64,000 bases of DNA from Patescibacteria group bacterium (GTDB lineage Bacteria; Patescibacteriota; Minisyncoccia; Phycocordibacterales; JBBTRF01): NCBI GenBank assembly GCA_038065315.1, contig JBBTRF010000001.1, positions 464,458-528,457 on the forward strand, written 5' to 3'. The notes beneath the pieces were generated by a model, which saw nothing but the letters and a program-made list of their open reading frames with translations, was not told the DNA's origin and did no database searches. Both the position numbers and the translations under genes were made by a program. Below are positions 8,699 to 19,102 of the stretch, piece by piece (position 1 is the first letter of the stretch; every line of letters starts with the position of its first letter).

Positions 8699-9421
8699 TT
8701 ATTTCTTTGCAGTCTTAGCTACTTTCTTTGGCTCACTCGCTGCGGTTCGCGCCGGAAGTCGGCTTGCAAGAGATGCGACACTCACCTTTGGATTCTCGAT
8801 CACGACGTACTTGTACTTCATGAGGTCGAGGACGTTGAGATTTCGTACTTCGTTGACCGAGATATTGCTCATGTTGCCGAAGCTTCGGTCTGCTGAAGCG
8901 CTCTTTGCAGACATCGCAATGAAAGCGGCGTTGTTCTTCTTGGTAGCGAGCATCTCGTAGCCCTTTACGCCAGCGAGTGCAGCGATGAGAGACTTTGCGT
9001 GCTTGGTCTTGGCCTCCTTGAGAGCAATAGACTCAACAAACAACACTTCGCCGTCTCGCATCTTCTTTGAGAGCAGGGTGAAAAGCGCCTTCGCCTTCAT
9101 CTTCTGGTTGACCTTTCGGTCGAAGTTCTTGTCATTTCGAGGACCATGAGACACACCTCCACCTGGCCACAACGGTGATCGGATAGAACCGTGTCGGGCA
9201 CGACCAGTACCCTTCTGCTGCCATGGCTTCTTACCGCCTCCTCGTACATCACCTCGAGTCTGAGTGTGAGCGACTGGATTGCGCTTTGAAGTCATCATTG
9301 AGGTCATGACCTGGTGTACCAAGTCGGCGTTCCAGTTCAAACCAAAGACATTCTCTGGGAGCTCGAAAGCGCCAGCAGCCTTGCCGTCCTGAGTGTAGAT
9401 TTTTGCTTCTAGAGTATTCAT
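8699..9421 (-). CDS. rplD: 50S ribosomal protein L4
   Basis: RGGGKKPWQQKGTGRARHGSIRSP. Confidence 0.98.
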   Translation of the reverse strand: MNTLEAKIYTQDGKAAGAFELPENVFGLNWNADLVHQVMTSMMTSKRNPVAHTQTRGDVRGGGKKPWQQKGTGRARHGSIRSPLWPGGGVSHGPRNDKNFDRKVNQKMKAKALFTLLSKKMRDGEVLFVESIALKEAKTKHAKSLIAALAGVKGYEMLATKKNNAAFIAMSAKSASADRSFGNMSNISVNEVRNLNVLDLMKYKYVVIENPKVSVASLASRLPARTAASEPKKVAKTAKK

Positions 9422-9442
9422 GGGTTCAGGGTTATTTCAGGA

Positions 9443-10057
9443 TTACTGTGCGATCACTTCTACCAAAGTACCTCGTCGGCCTGGAATTGCTCCAGAAACA
9501 AGAAGAAGGTTCTCTGTGGCGTTGATCTGCACGACCTTGAGGTTCTTGACAGTAACACGATCACCACCCATTCGTCCAGCCATTCGCATACCGGGAGCCA
9601 CACGGCCGCCGGCTCGTCCTGCACCAGAGATGGTACCGACTTCTCGCTCAGAGTGCTTCTGACCGTGGGTTCGGGAACCTCCCTTGAAGCCGTGTCGCTT
9701 CACTGCACCCTGGAAACCCTTGCCCTTGCTGATCGAAGACACTTCGATCTCATCGCCTTCCTTGAAGACAGAGACGTCGAATTTGTCTCCCAGCTTCTGG
9801 GTAGGAGCGGCCACGCGGAACTCCTTGAGGGTTCGGAAAAGACCGAGCGCCTTGGTGTGTCCCTTTTGAGGCTTCGAGACGAGCTTCTCGCGAATCTCGC
9901 CAAATCCAATCTGAACAGCTGAATAGCCATCCTTTCCGGACTCTTTAACCTGGGTTACAGTCACCGGACCGGCCTTGAGGACGGTCACTGGGTGAACATT
10001 TCCCTCTTGGTCGAAGACCTGGGTCATATTCAGTTTTGTTCCGATAATGAATTTCAT
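9443..10057 (-). CDS. rplC: 50S ribosomal protein L3
   Basis: KLNMTQVF, DGYSAVQIG, SKGKGFQGAVKRHGF, MAGRMG. Confidence 0.98.
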   Translation of the reverse strand: MKFIIGTKLNMTQVFDQEGNVHPVTVLKAGPVTVTQVKESGKDGYSAVQIGFGEIREKLVSKPQKGHTKALGLFRTLKEFRVAAPTQKLGDKFDVSVFKEGDEIEVSSISKGKGFQGAVKRHGFKGGSRTHGQKHSEREVGTISGAGRAGGRVAPGMRMAGRMGGDRVTVKNLKVVQINATENLLLVSGAIPGRRGTLVEVIAQ

Positions 10058-10097
10058 GTGGGTTAGGTGAGGCGGTTAGTGGGGTGAATACTGGTGG

Positions 10098-10487
10098 TTA
10101 GATCATCTTGACGTCGATGTTGACTCCTGAAGGCAGGCTCAGGTTGGTGAGTGCCTCAATTGTCTTTGGATTTGGGTTCACAATGTCAATCAATCGCTTG
10201 TGCACTCGCATCTCAAACTGCTCTCGCGCGTCTTTGTAGACAAAGGCAGCTCGGTTTACGGTGTACTTCTTGATCTCTGTAGGGAGCGGAATCGGTCCGA
10301 GGATAGTGGCATCGTATCGAAGCGCAGTGTCCATGATCTGCTTCACGGAAGCATCGAGGATCTTGTGTTCGTACGCTCGCACACGAATGCGGAGCTTGTG
10401 GCTCACCTCCTGGCCCTTTACCGTAGCCTTGGCGACTTTCGTCTTGCCCTTGGCCTTATCGGCCGTCTTTGTTTCTTTTGTGGTCAT
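10098..10487 (-). CDS. rpsJ: 30S ribosomal protein S10 with N-terminal Lys/Thr extension
   Basis: [35 protein letters not shown]. Confidence 0.98.
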   Translation of the reverse strand: MTTKETKTADKAKGKTKVAKATVKGQEVSHKLRIRVRAYEHKILDASVKQIMDTALRYDATILGPIPLPTEIKKYTVNRAAFVYKDAREQFEMRVHKRLIDIVNPNPKTIEALTNLSLPSGVNIDVKMI

Positions 10488-10531
10488 GTTGAGTATGTGG
10501 CTCCTCTTGAATTGGTCGCGGAGCCGGCGAT

Positions 10532-11728
10532 TTACTTAGTGATCTTGGTGACCACTCCTGCACCGACGGTTCGTCCGCCTTCTCGCACAGCAAATCGCAT
10601 CTTTTCCTCGAGTGCAATCGGCGCTACGAGCTTGACGATGAACTTCACGGTGTCTCCTGGCATAACCATTTCAGTGCCCGCAGCGAGGGTTACCTCACCG
10701 GTGACGTCTGTGGTTCGGATGTAGAACTGTGGCTTGTACCCATTGAAGAATGGAGTGTGTCGGCCACCTTCTTCCTTCTTGAGAACGTAGATTTCACCCT
10801 CGAAGTCGGTGTGAGGAGTGGTAGTACCTGGCTTTGCAAGTACCTGACCTCGGGTAACGTCTTCCTTTCGAGTACCTCGGAGGAGAACACCCGCGTTGTC
10901 ACCTGCCATACCTTCGCTGAGCTGCTTGTTGAACATTTCGATACCAGTGATGGTAGACTTTGCAGTCGGCTTGAGACCAATGATCTCAACTTCCTCGCCA
11001 ACCTTTGCGATTCCTCGCTCGATTCGGCCAGTAACCACAGTACCTCGTCCTTCAATAGAGAAGATGTCTTCGATTGGCATCAAGAATGGCTTGTCGATCT
11101 CACGCACTGGCATAGGGATATAGGTGTCGAGTGAGTTCAAAAGCTCATCGATCTTTGCAACCCATGCTGCATCGCCTTCGATCGCCTTCAAAGCTGAACC
11201 TCGAATCACTGGAGTACCCTTTCCGTCGAAACCATACTTCTCGAGAAGGTCTCGGATTTCTGCCTCAACGAGGTCGAGCATGTCCTTGTCATCCACCATG
11301 TCGCACTTGTTCAAGAAGACCACGATCTTTGGAACACCCACCTGCTTTGCGAGGAGAATGTGCTCTCGAGTCTGTGGCATTGGACCGTCTACCGCAGATA
11401 CCACGAGGATAGCGCCGTCCATCTGAGCGGCACCAGTGATCATGTTCTTGACGTAGTCAGCGTGACCTGGACAGTCGACGTGAGCGTAGTGTCGAGCCAC
11501 AGTTGAATACTCAACGTGTGAAATCGCAATGGTAATAATCTTTGAAGGGTCGCGTCGGCCGTCCTTTTCAGATGCCTTCGCTACCTGGTCGTATGCAATA
11601 GGATTTGCAAGACCTTTCTTTGACTGAACAACAGTAAGAGCCGCGGTAAGAGTAGTCTTGCCGTGGTCGACGTGTCCAATAGTACCGACGTTTACGTGAG
11701 GCTTTGATCGATCAAATGCTTCTGCCAT
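10532..11728 (-). CDS. tuf: Elongation factor Tu
   Basis: [35 protein letters not shown]. Confidence 0.99.
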   Translation of the reverse strand: MAEAFDRSKPHVNVGTIGHVDHGKTTLTAALTVVQSKKGLANPIAYDQVAKASEKDGRRDPSKIITIAISHVEYSTVARHYAHVDCPGHADYVKNMITGAAQMDGAILVVSAVDGPMPQTREHILLAKQVGVPKIVVFLNKCDMVDDKDMLDLVEAEIRDLLEKYGFDGKGTPVIRGSALKAIEGDAAWVAKIDELLNSLDTYIPMPVREIDKPFLMPIEDIFSIEGRGTVVTGRIERGIAKVGEEVEIIGLKPTAKSTITGIEMFNKQLSEGMAGDNAGVLLRGTRKEDVTRGQVLAKPGTTTPHTDFEGEIYVLKKEEGGRHTPFFNGYKPQFYIRTTDVTGEVTLAAGTEMVMPGDTVKFIVKLVAPIALEEKMRFAVREGGRTVGAGVVTKITK

Positions 11729-11883
11729 ATATTTAATGAGTCCCTAATTCTCAAAGCTCAACGCGCGAGAGTGGCTGAGCCTTGTAACTTAAGAACAAAA
11801 ATTAATGATAATAAATCGTGTTAATACCAGGACGTTTCTTTTGATTCGAAACGGCCAAAGACGCAAAAAATGCGACAATGGGT

Positions 11884-11911
11884 ATAGTAACAAATTGGCC
11901 GATAAAGTCAA
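11884..11911 (-). promoter_or_regulatory. sigma70-type promoter for tuf and the S10 operon
   Basis: TTGACT (11911-11906), 16 nt, TG-n-TACTAT (11889-11884). Confidence 0.7.
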
Positions 11912-12022
11912 CCTTGGCGCACTGGCCGCCTCAGACACGCCGTAAATTTCTCCTGAAATTTCGGCTCCTCTCGGCGCCGTCGCGCCTGCGAGAGGTCTTC
12001 GTCAGCCAGTGCGCCAAGGTTG
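11909..12022 (-). repeat. Structured intergenic element, copy E2 of 5
   Basis: CAACCTTGGCGCACTGGC / GCCAGTGCGCCAAGGTTG terminal stem; GACG-loop and AGGA-loop hairpins. Confidence 0.8.
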
Positions 12023-12056
12023 GTTTGATAGACATTTGTTGCTAGACCCGATTGTC

Positions 12057-12296
12057 TTAGAGGTGGTAGGTGGTGTCGTCGCGATTGGTGACATCGAGTA
12101 GAAAGATGTCGTCGTTGGTGAGGTGAAAGAGTATTCTGTATTGACCGGAACGCACTCTATAGATATCAAGGCCTCCTTTGAGCTTTTTCAGGTCGAGACC
12201 AACGAAGTTGCGCGATTTGATTTGAGCAATGATCAGCAGGATCCGTCCTCTTTGCTTTTCTTCCAGCTTGGCGAGGAATTTATCAATTTTGTGCAT
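12057..12296 (-). CDS. RelE/ParE-family toxin
   Basis: LKKLKGGLDIYRVRSGQYRILF...NRDDTTY; overlaps the upstream antitoxin. Confidence 0.85.
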   Translation of the reverse strand: MHKIDKFLAKLEEKQRGRILLIIAQIKSRNFVGLDLKKLKGGLDIYRVRSGQYRILFHLTNDDIFLLDVTNRDDTTYHL

Positions 12297-12531
12297 CGAG
12301 ACGCTTCAGGGAGGCAAGCACTTCATCGATATGCACCCCCTTTGGATCAATTTGAGTAAAATCCACCAATGTCTTCCACACCCCTTCGTCTCCCCACTCG
12401 TCGACGGGCACCATTTTGAATGCCGGTTTCGACTTTTTCACCACGACGAAAGACCGCCCTTTTTCTACTTCAGAAATATATTTTTCCATGTTCTCTCGCA
12501 GCTCTTTTAGGCCGATAATATTGGTTTTCAT
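12283..12531 (-). CDS. Phd/YefM-family antitoxin
   Basis: IIGLKELRENM...VEKGRSFVVVKKSKP. Confidence 0.85.
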   Translation of the reverse strand: MKTNIIGLKELRENMEKYISEVEKGRSFVVVKKSKPAFKMVPVDEWGDEGVWKTLVDFTQIDPKGVHIDEVLASLKRLDAQN

Positions 12532-12533
12532 AG

Positions 12534-12565
12534 CACAAGTTTATCTTAAGATAAACTTGTGTCAA
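12534..12565 (-). promoter_or_regulatory. TA promoter overlapped by a perfect 28-bp palindromic operator
   Basis: CACAAGTTTATCTTAAGATAAACTTGTG (12534-12561); TTGACA 12565-12560; TAAACT 12543-12538. Confidence 0.8.
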
Positions 12566-12687
12566 CCAAGCCTGCCGTCGACAAAACAGACAAAGAAAGC
12601 ATATCAGAGTGGCGATAAAGAAACTGCTAAGAAATGTTCAAGAAAAAGCTAATTTTTGATAAAGATTCAACAAAGAAAGTCTAGGGG

Positions 12688-13431
12688 CTACTCCGCTGCA
12701 ACACCGCCCAAAAACACTTTGCTGAGCGTATCGCCCTTGATAATCTCGGCAGCAGGACCGGCAGCCACTACCCTACCCTTGTCGAGTACATAGGCACGAT
12801 GAGCAACTTCGAGAAGAGATTTGATATTGTGCTCCACCACCACGACAGCCATCTTGCGGCGCTGGTTGATCTCGAGGATCTTGGCGAACATTTCCTTCAC
12901 GATCTTCGGAGCAAGACCGAGCGACGGCTCATCGAGCAGGAGGATCTTTGGGTCGGTCATGAGGCCGCGGGCGATCGCGAGCATTTGCTGTTGGCCGCCG
13001 GAGAGATTGGAGGATTTTTCCGAGAGTCGGCTACGTAGTGCCGGGAACAGATCAAGCACCTGCTCGAGACGCTCGGCACGAATCTTTGCAGAAGCGACGG
13101 TCCAGCCGCCGAGTTCGATATTCTCACGGACGCTCAGATGTTTAAACACGCGGCGGCCTTGAGGGACAAATGAAATCCCTCGATGGATCACCTCATGCGA
13201 CACCGGCAAGAAGGTCTGCCCTTCCCAAGAGACCGATCCAGAGCTGATCGGCGCCAAGCCGAAGATCGCCTTGAGTACCGTTGACTTGCCGGCACCGTTT
13301 GGACCCATGAGCGCCACGATCTCGCCTTCATCTATAGACACCGAGGCACCATCAAGAGCCTTCACGCCACCGTAATGGACGTGTAGGTCGCGGGTTTCGA
13401 GAAGGATCTCTCTTTTTACATTATCGGCCAT
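12688..13431 (-). CDS. livF: Branched-chain amino acid ABC transporter ATP-binding subunit (LivF-like)
   Basis: GPNGAGKST, VPQGRRVF, LSGGQQQMLAIARGLM, LLDEPSLGLAP. Confidence 0.9.
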   Translation of the reverse strand: MADNVKREILLETRDLHVHYGGVKALDGASVSIDEGEIVALMGPNGAGKSTVLKAIFGLAPISSGSVSWEGQTFLPVSHEVIHRGISFVPQGRRVFKHLSVRENIELGGWTVASAKIRAERLEQVLDLFPALRSRLSEKSSNLSGGQQQMLAIARGLMTDPKILLLDEPSLGLAPKIVKEMFAKILEINQRRKMAVVVVEHNIKSLLEVAHRAYVLDKGRVVAAGPAAEIIKGDTLSKVFLGGVAAE

Positions 13432-13488
13432 TACGCCTTCAATTCTATCATCGCGGGAGGATGAGGGCGAGCTACTAAACACCGAGCG

Positions 13489-14397
13489 TTAATTCACAGC
13501 CACAGGTTGACCATTCTTGACTTGCTTCAAGATCATTTCCCGCTTCGCCACACCGTTCTCATCAAAGAGACCGGATTTTGAGAGGCTGGATTGGACACAG
13601 ATAGTATCTGCTTTACATTCATCCACTGCTGAAGAGAGAATCTCTGCTGCTTGCTCAGAAAGACCGAACACGGCTCCTTCTCCCTCAGCAATATCTTTCG
13701 GGAAAGAATAAAAAACGTCCGGAACCAAAGTACGGACAACGGGAAGCTCAGCTACGTAAGTAGAGAAGACGGGTGCGACGACACCAAACTGCCTGAGCTT
13801 CGCGACCCCGCCAGCAAAGAAGAATGAAATATCTGGTGAGTAGATCACATCGGGCCTCGAAGCCTTGATCTTCGCCACTTCAGTGGAAATGTCGCCAGTA
13901 TCAGCACCAATCGCAACATGATAGACGATGTCACCCTTAAAATGAGCTCGGAAACTATCGACGTGCGTCTTCGAGAAGGCATTTTGATAGGAGACGAGAG
14001 CAACCCGCTTGTAGCCGCGACGGGTAAGCTCTTCCGCAATGAACTTTGATTCGTCTTCCAGAGAATACTGCACGTTGTAGAGGTTACCCCCGCTCGCTTC
14101 ATAGAGCGTCTTCGAAGCCGCCGATGGTACGAGCGCGAAGTAGTCACCCGCAAACTTCGACAACACTGCACCAATAAGGAAGCTCGCCGCCGCCGTGACC
14201 AGCGCCCCGACGAGCAGTGACAGGAAGAAATTCATCCCCGTGGTCGTGAGCAGGATGCCTGTCGCATAGGCACCGAGGCCGTAGAAGGCCGCGTGTGTCA
14301 CCGAGAGTAGGCCGGTATACCCCACCACCAAGTTGAGCGACAAACCCAAGATCCCGTAGATGCCGATGAGAATGAGGAGGTGAATGAGGTAGTCCAT
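13489..14397 (-). pseudogene. In-frame chimera of LivM permease N-terminus and LivJ/K-like binding-protein C-terminus
   Basis: First ~90 aa are LivM (GYTGLLSVTHAAFYGLGAY...GDYFAL), then an abrupt switch to a soluble PBP1-like sequence near 14128. Confidence 0.75.
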
Positions 14398-14628
14398 GAT
14401 ATGCAGGCGCTTGTGCGCCTTTAATCATACCAAAAAAGGCGCTTGACTCATATTTTCGATTTTGCTAACATACTAACTGTGGTACCTCAGGGGCTTCCGG
14501 AAACGGGAGCCCCTTGAAGCTTCTAGTTGGGAAGATAATGTAGAGGCATAAAAAGACCCACCCGCCATTGCTGGCGGGTGGTAACATCTAACACTCTAAG
14601 TATCGCAAAACTGAATTGAAGTGTCAAT

Positions 14629-15496
14629 TTACTTCTTCAAAATCCCCTGCGGCCGGAAGAGCAGGAACAGGATAAGCACAGTGAAGGCAATCGCATCCTT
14701 CCACTCGCCGGAGATGTGCCAAATACCGAAGTTTTCGACAAAGCCGAGGAAAAAAGCGCCGAGTACGCCGCCGTAGATGTTGCCGATGCCGCCGATGATA
14801 CAGGCGATCACGCCTTTGAGGAGTAGCGACATGCCCATGGTCGGCTCAATGCCCGTATCGAAGCCGATGAGAATGCCGGCGAGGCCAGCGATCGCCGAAC
14901 CGATGAGAAACACCTTGCCGATGACTTTGTCAGTGTTGATGCCGACAATCTTGGAAACATCTTCATCGTCGCCCACAGCTCGTACCGCGCGGCCGAACAT
15001 TGTCTTTTTTGAGCACCAGCGCCAATCCGCTCATGATGACCAGTCCCGTCACGAGGATGACGAGCTGGATCTCCGTAATCACTCCCCCGAAGATGTCATA
15101 CACCCGCTGCGCTGAGGAGTTTTGCGAGAGCGTCTGGAATTGGCTGGTGAAGAGGATGGCGATAATGGCCTGCACTGCAGTGAAAGCCCCGAGCGAAGCC
15201 ACCATGAGCACCATGCTGGAGGATTTGCGAGCACGGAGGGGACGATAAACAAAGTGATTGATGAGTCCGCCCACCGCCGCCGCAATGACCACGCCAAGCA
15301 GCACCGCCAGCCACAGATCGAGGCCAAGCATTTTGTAGAAATAGAACACCGCGTAGCCGCCCACCGCAGTGAGCGCACCATAGCCGAGATCGAAGAACTT
15401 CACCGTCCCGAAGATGATATTGAATCCGAGCGCCAGCAGCGAATAGATCGCGCCGGCAATGATGCTGTTCAGGATGAGTTGTGGGAGGATGTCCAT
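14629..15496 (-). pseudogene. livH: LivH permease split by a frameshift in an A6 run
   Basis: ORFs 14963-15496 and 14629-15000 join as ...LVLKKTMFGRAVRAV if one A is removed at 15005-15010. Confidence 0.8.
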
Positions 15497-15557
15497 GTCT
15501 CAATAGTATAGCAAAAAACCGCTCGGAGGGAGCGGTTTTTTGCTCATTGAGGAAAAA

Positions 15558-16019
15558 TTACTTCGCGTCAACAAGTGCACCATCCTTGACCTGCATCATT
15601 CGCATACCGATACCGGTAACGTCACCATTCTCATCGAATCCAAAAGTTCCAGTAATCCCTGGAAAATCTTTAGTAGCATAGAGAGCCTGCTTGATCTTTT
15701 CAGTATCACTAGCCCCTACTTTTTCAAAGATGGTCGCTAGGAGATAGACCTCGTCATAAGCGTTTGCAGAAAAGAACGGATAGGTTGGTTCAGAGCTGTA
15801 ACGCTTCTTACTTTCCTGCAAGAAAGCGTTGGCTCGGGAGTTTTCAGAGCCAAGTGCCGGAGCATCCACAATATACGCACCTTCCACAGCCATGCCTGTC
15901 TTCACAAACTCAGGACCTGAGAAATATGCTGTGTAGAACTGAGACTTGATACCGAGTGTTCGAGCCTGTTCAGCCAGACGAGCACCGTCTGAACCAGTCT
16001 GGGTATCGATCAGGATCGC
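15558..16019 (-). pseudogene. C-terminal remnant of a LivJ/K-like substrate-binding protein
   Basis: AYDEVYLLA...FPGITGTFGFDENGD typical PBP1 C-terminus; no signal peptide or N-terminal half. Confidence 0.75.
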
Positions 16020-16146
16020 CTCATGGCGCGAGAAGCTCGGTATCATCATCGAGAGCCACGAGATCGCCGATGCCATGCGCAAAATCTACGAACTCGCCTG
16101 GGCCGAAGCAAAACGGCTTGACGCCGACCTACGCCTGAAACCATAG
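16014..16146 (+). pseudogene. C-terminal remnant of a TrmB-like regulator
   Basis: IASWREKLGIIIESHEIADAMRKIYELAW resembles the C-terminus of the intact TrmB-like ORF at 53714-54487. Confidence 0.65.
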
Positions 16147-16234
16147 CCCTCATTGACACCCATCTCTTAAAAGAATAGGCTTTAAGGCGGATTTGAATCT
16201 GCACTGTTTTGAATCCAGAAAGGAGGCCGAAACT

Positions 16235-16636
16235 ATGTATCTGAATATTCGAGGAATCGAGAACGATCTCTACCCCGAGATTCCCTACTACCGCTTTGTT
16301 TGGGGGCCAGTGATAGAAAAAATGTTGGACTTCAAAGACGAAAAAACTCCCTTCCGCCTCAGAATGGCCAGCACTCACTATCGCGGTGCTTCGGAAAATA
16401 TCCCAGACGACACAGATATAAAGGTGCTTGTCTTTGCGGTTCGAGTTCTGATTGGCACTCCTGACCACTTCTGCTTCGGAGCCCACGTCATCAGCGGCTG
16501 GCCACCATACGAAGGCCGTGTGATTGAGGGCGGCATCATGGACGACGGAAGTGGACTGTTTGTCCTGACTACTCCAGATATCTACCTTCTCGCCGGCTTC
16601 GACCGGACCATAAATAGAGCCGTTTACACGGCCTGA
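16235..16636 (+). CDS. Hypothetical protein
   Basis: Upstream TTGACA, AAGGAGG SD before ATG 16235, GC hairpin plus T-tract at ~16654-16683. Confidence 0.7.
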   Translation: MYLNIRGIENDLYPEIPYYRFVWGPVIEKMLDFKDEKTPFRLRMASTHYRGASENIPDDTDIKVLVFAVRVLIGTPDHFCFGAHVISGWPPYEGRVIEGGIMDDGSGLFVLTTPDIYLLAGFDRTINRAVYTA

Positions 16637-16771
16637 TACATGGAGTTTTATCGCCCCGCAGCTCAGCCGCGGGGTTTTCTTTTGCAGTTTCGTAATTCAG
16701 GAAAGGCAAAACCGCCTGTTGGCGAAGACCTCGCGCAACTGCAACGGCTCGATATTGACCGAGATATGTAA

Positions 16772-16885
16772 AGAAAACAAAAACACCTTCGGTGAAGACC
16801 TCTCGCAGCCACGTCGGTGGCGAGAGGAGCCAAAATCCTAGCAAGGATTTATGGCGTGTCTTCGACGAAGGTGTTTTTGTTTTCT
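16772..16885 (+). repeat. Structured intergenic element, copy E3 of 5
   Basis: AGAAAACAAAAACACCTTCG / CGAAGGTGTTTTTGTTTTCT stem; GTCG-loop and AGCA-loop hairpins; abuts the fusA stop. Confidence 0.8.
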
Positions 16886-19030
16886 CTACTTCCTCGCTTC
16901 AATAATCTGCTGCTCCACAAACTTCGGCACCGGCGCGTAATGGTCGAATTCCATCGTCGCTGAACCCTGTCCTGAAGTCATAGATCGGAGCTGAGTAGTG
17001 TAACCGAACATTTCGGACAACGGCACCTTTGCGTGCATTACCTTGGCCTGACCGCGCTCGGTCATTTCTTCGATCGTACCTCGCTTTGAAGAAATGCTGC
17101 CGGTGATATCACCCATAAACTTCTCTGGGAACAATACCTCCACCTTCATGATTGGTTCCAAAATAACCGGCTTCGCACGCTTTGAGGCGCTCTGGAAGGC
17201 CAATGAACCGGCGATCTTGTACGCGATTTCAGATGAGTCGACATCGTGGTAGCTACCGAACGTCAATTCACAAGACACGTTCACCATGCGGTATCCGGCG
17301 ATAACACCTCGGTCCATCGCTTCGTGCACACCCTTCTCCACTGCAGGGATGAATTCGCCAGGGATCGCACCGCCCTTGATAGAGTTAATGAATTCGAAGT
17401 CGGCAAATCGGCTGACATTCTTCTTCACCTTCTCGCCTTCTTCCAACGGCTTCATCGGTCGGAGAGTGATGATAACGTGACCGTACTGACCCTTTCCTCC
17501 GGTCTGCTTGATGTACTTCTCTTCCGCCTCTGCCTCGCCCTGAATCGTCTCTCGATATGCCACCTGAGGCTTGCCGACGTTGGCCTCGACACCGAATTCT
17601 CGCTTCATACGATCCACCATGATTTCCAAGTGAAGTTCACCCATACCTGAGATGATCGTCTCGCCTGTTTCAGAGTTGGAACTGATCTTGAAAGTCGGAT
17701 CTTCATTTGCGAGCTTCTTCAAAGCCACGCCCATCTTTTCCTGGTCGGCCTTGGTCTTTGGCTCGACGCGCAACGACACCACTGGCTCCATGAACTTGAT
17801 CGCTTCGAGGATAACTGGATTTTCTTCGTCACAAAAGGTGTGCGAAGTAAGGGCGTCTTTGAGACCCACCGCAGCGGCAATCTCTCCGGCGTACACTTTC
17901 TTCACTTCCTCGCGCTCGTTGGCCTGGAGGCGCACGATACGACCCAATCGCTCGCGCTTGCCGGTGGTTGAGTTATACAAATACGTACCAGACTCCACAG
18001 TACCCGAGTACACGCGGAAGAAAGTCAGTTGCCCAACAAAAGGATCGTTCTGGAGTTTGAAGGCCAAGGCACAGAAAGGTTCCTCATCTGAAGGCTTGCG
18101 GAAGATGTGGTCACCCGTGTTTGGATCAATGCCTCGTACCGGGGGAAGGTCAAGGGGAGATGGAAGATAATCAACGACGGCGTCCAATACGAGCTGCACA
18201 CCCACATTCTTGAGCGCAGAACCAGTAAACACTGGGAAGATCTTTCCAGCAAGCACCGCCTTTCGGACCACTCGCTTGATCTCATCGATCGAGATCTCCT
18301 TCCCTTCCAAATATGCCGACATGGTCGCCTCATCGTATTCTGCCACTCGGTCAATGAGTTCAGCTCGATACTTCTTTGCATCTTCGAGCATGTCTGCAGG
18401 AATCTCCTGTTCAATAATCTTAATACCCTTCTCACCTTCGAAGGTGTAGGCCTTCATCTTCACGAGGTCGACAACACCACGATGATCACCCTCCAAGCCA
18501 ATAGGCAGCTGGAATCGGATCGCATTTTTGTTCAATCGCTCGAGAATAGAGGCATATGAGCGCTCAAAAGACGCGCCGGTTCGGTCCATTTTGTTGATGA
18601 AGCAAAGTCGAGGAACATTGCTTTCGTCGGCATAGCGCCAGTTGGTCTCAGACTGTGGCTCTACTCCCGCCACGCCGTCGAATACCACCACAGCACCGTC
18701 GAGTACTCTGAGAGAACGCTTCACTTCTACGGTAAAGTCGATGTGCCCTGGAGTGTCAATGATGTTGAAACGCACCTTCTTTGAAACATCCTCCTTTGGC
18801 ATGTAGGTAGGGTTCCAGAAACAGGTGATCGCCGCGGCGGTAATAGTAATACCTCGCTCTCGCTCCTGCTCCATCCAGTCGGTAGTGGTCTCGCCCTCGT
18901 GCACCTCGCCGATCTTGTGGATCATACCTGTGTAGTACAGGATTCGCTCTGATGTGGTGGTTTTTCCCGCATCAATGTGCGCGATAATGCCGAAATTACG
19001 TACTTTTTCGAGTGGATAGTCTCTGTTCAT
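16886..19030 (-). CDS. fusA: Elongation factor G
   Basis: AHIDAGKTT, DTPGHIDF, NKMD, GMGELHLE, LRSMTSG. Confidence 0.99.
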   Translation of the reverse strand: MNRDYPLEKVRNFGIIAHIDAGKTTTSERILYYTGMIHKIGEVHEGETTTDWMEQERERGITITAAAITCFWNPTYMPKEDVSKKVRFNIIDTPGHIDFTVEVKRSLRVLDGAVVVFDGVAGVEPQSETNWRYADESNVPRLCFINKMDRTGASFERSYASILERLNKNAIRFQLPIGLEGDHRGVVDLVKMKAYTFEGEKGIKIIEQEIPADMLEDAKKYRAELIDRVAEYDEATMSAYLEGKEISIDEIKRVVRKAVLAGKIFPVFTGSALKNVGVQLVLDAVVDYLPSPLDLPPVRGIDPNTGDHIFRKPSDEEPFCALAFKLQNDPFVGQLTFFRVYSGTVESGTYLYNSTTGKRERLGRIVRLQANEREEVKKVYAGEIAAAVGLKDALTSHTFCDEENPVILEAIKFMEPVVSLRVEPKTKADQEKMGVALKKLANEDPTFKISSNSETGETIISGMGELHLEIMVDRMKREFGVEANVGKPQVAYRETIQGEAEAEEKYIKQTGGKGQYGHVIITLRPMKPLEEGEKVKKNVSRFADFEFINSIKGGAIPGEFIPAVEKGVHEAMDRGVIAGYRMVNVSCELTFGSYHDVDSSEIAYKIAGSLAFQSASKRAKPVILEPIMKVEVLFPEKFMGDITGSISSKRGTIEEMTERGQAKVMHAKVPLSEMFGYTTQLRSMTSGQGSATMEFDHYAPVPKFVEQQIIEARK

Positions 19031-19102
19031 ATATGTTTAGTGATAGGCGTTAGACTACAGGAAAAGGGCGAAAAATGCAACGCTATCGGGCGATTGGGGC
19101 CC

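Noticed and set aside
15003-15012. Programmed -1 frameshift at AAAAAAG in livH
   Set aside because: Restoring the frame needs +1 and the heptamer is out of register; homopolymer indel or sequencing error is simpler.
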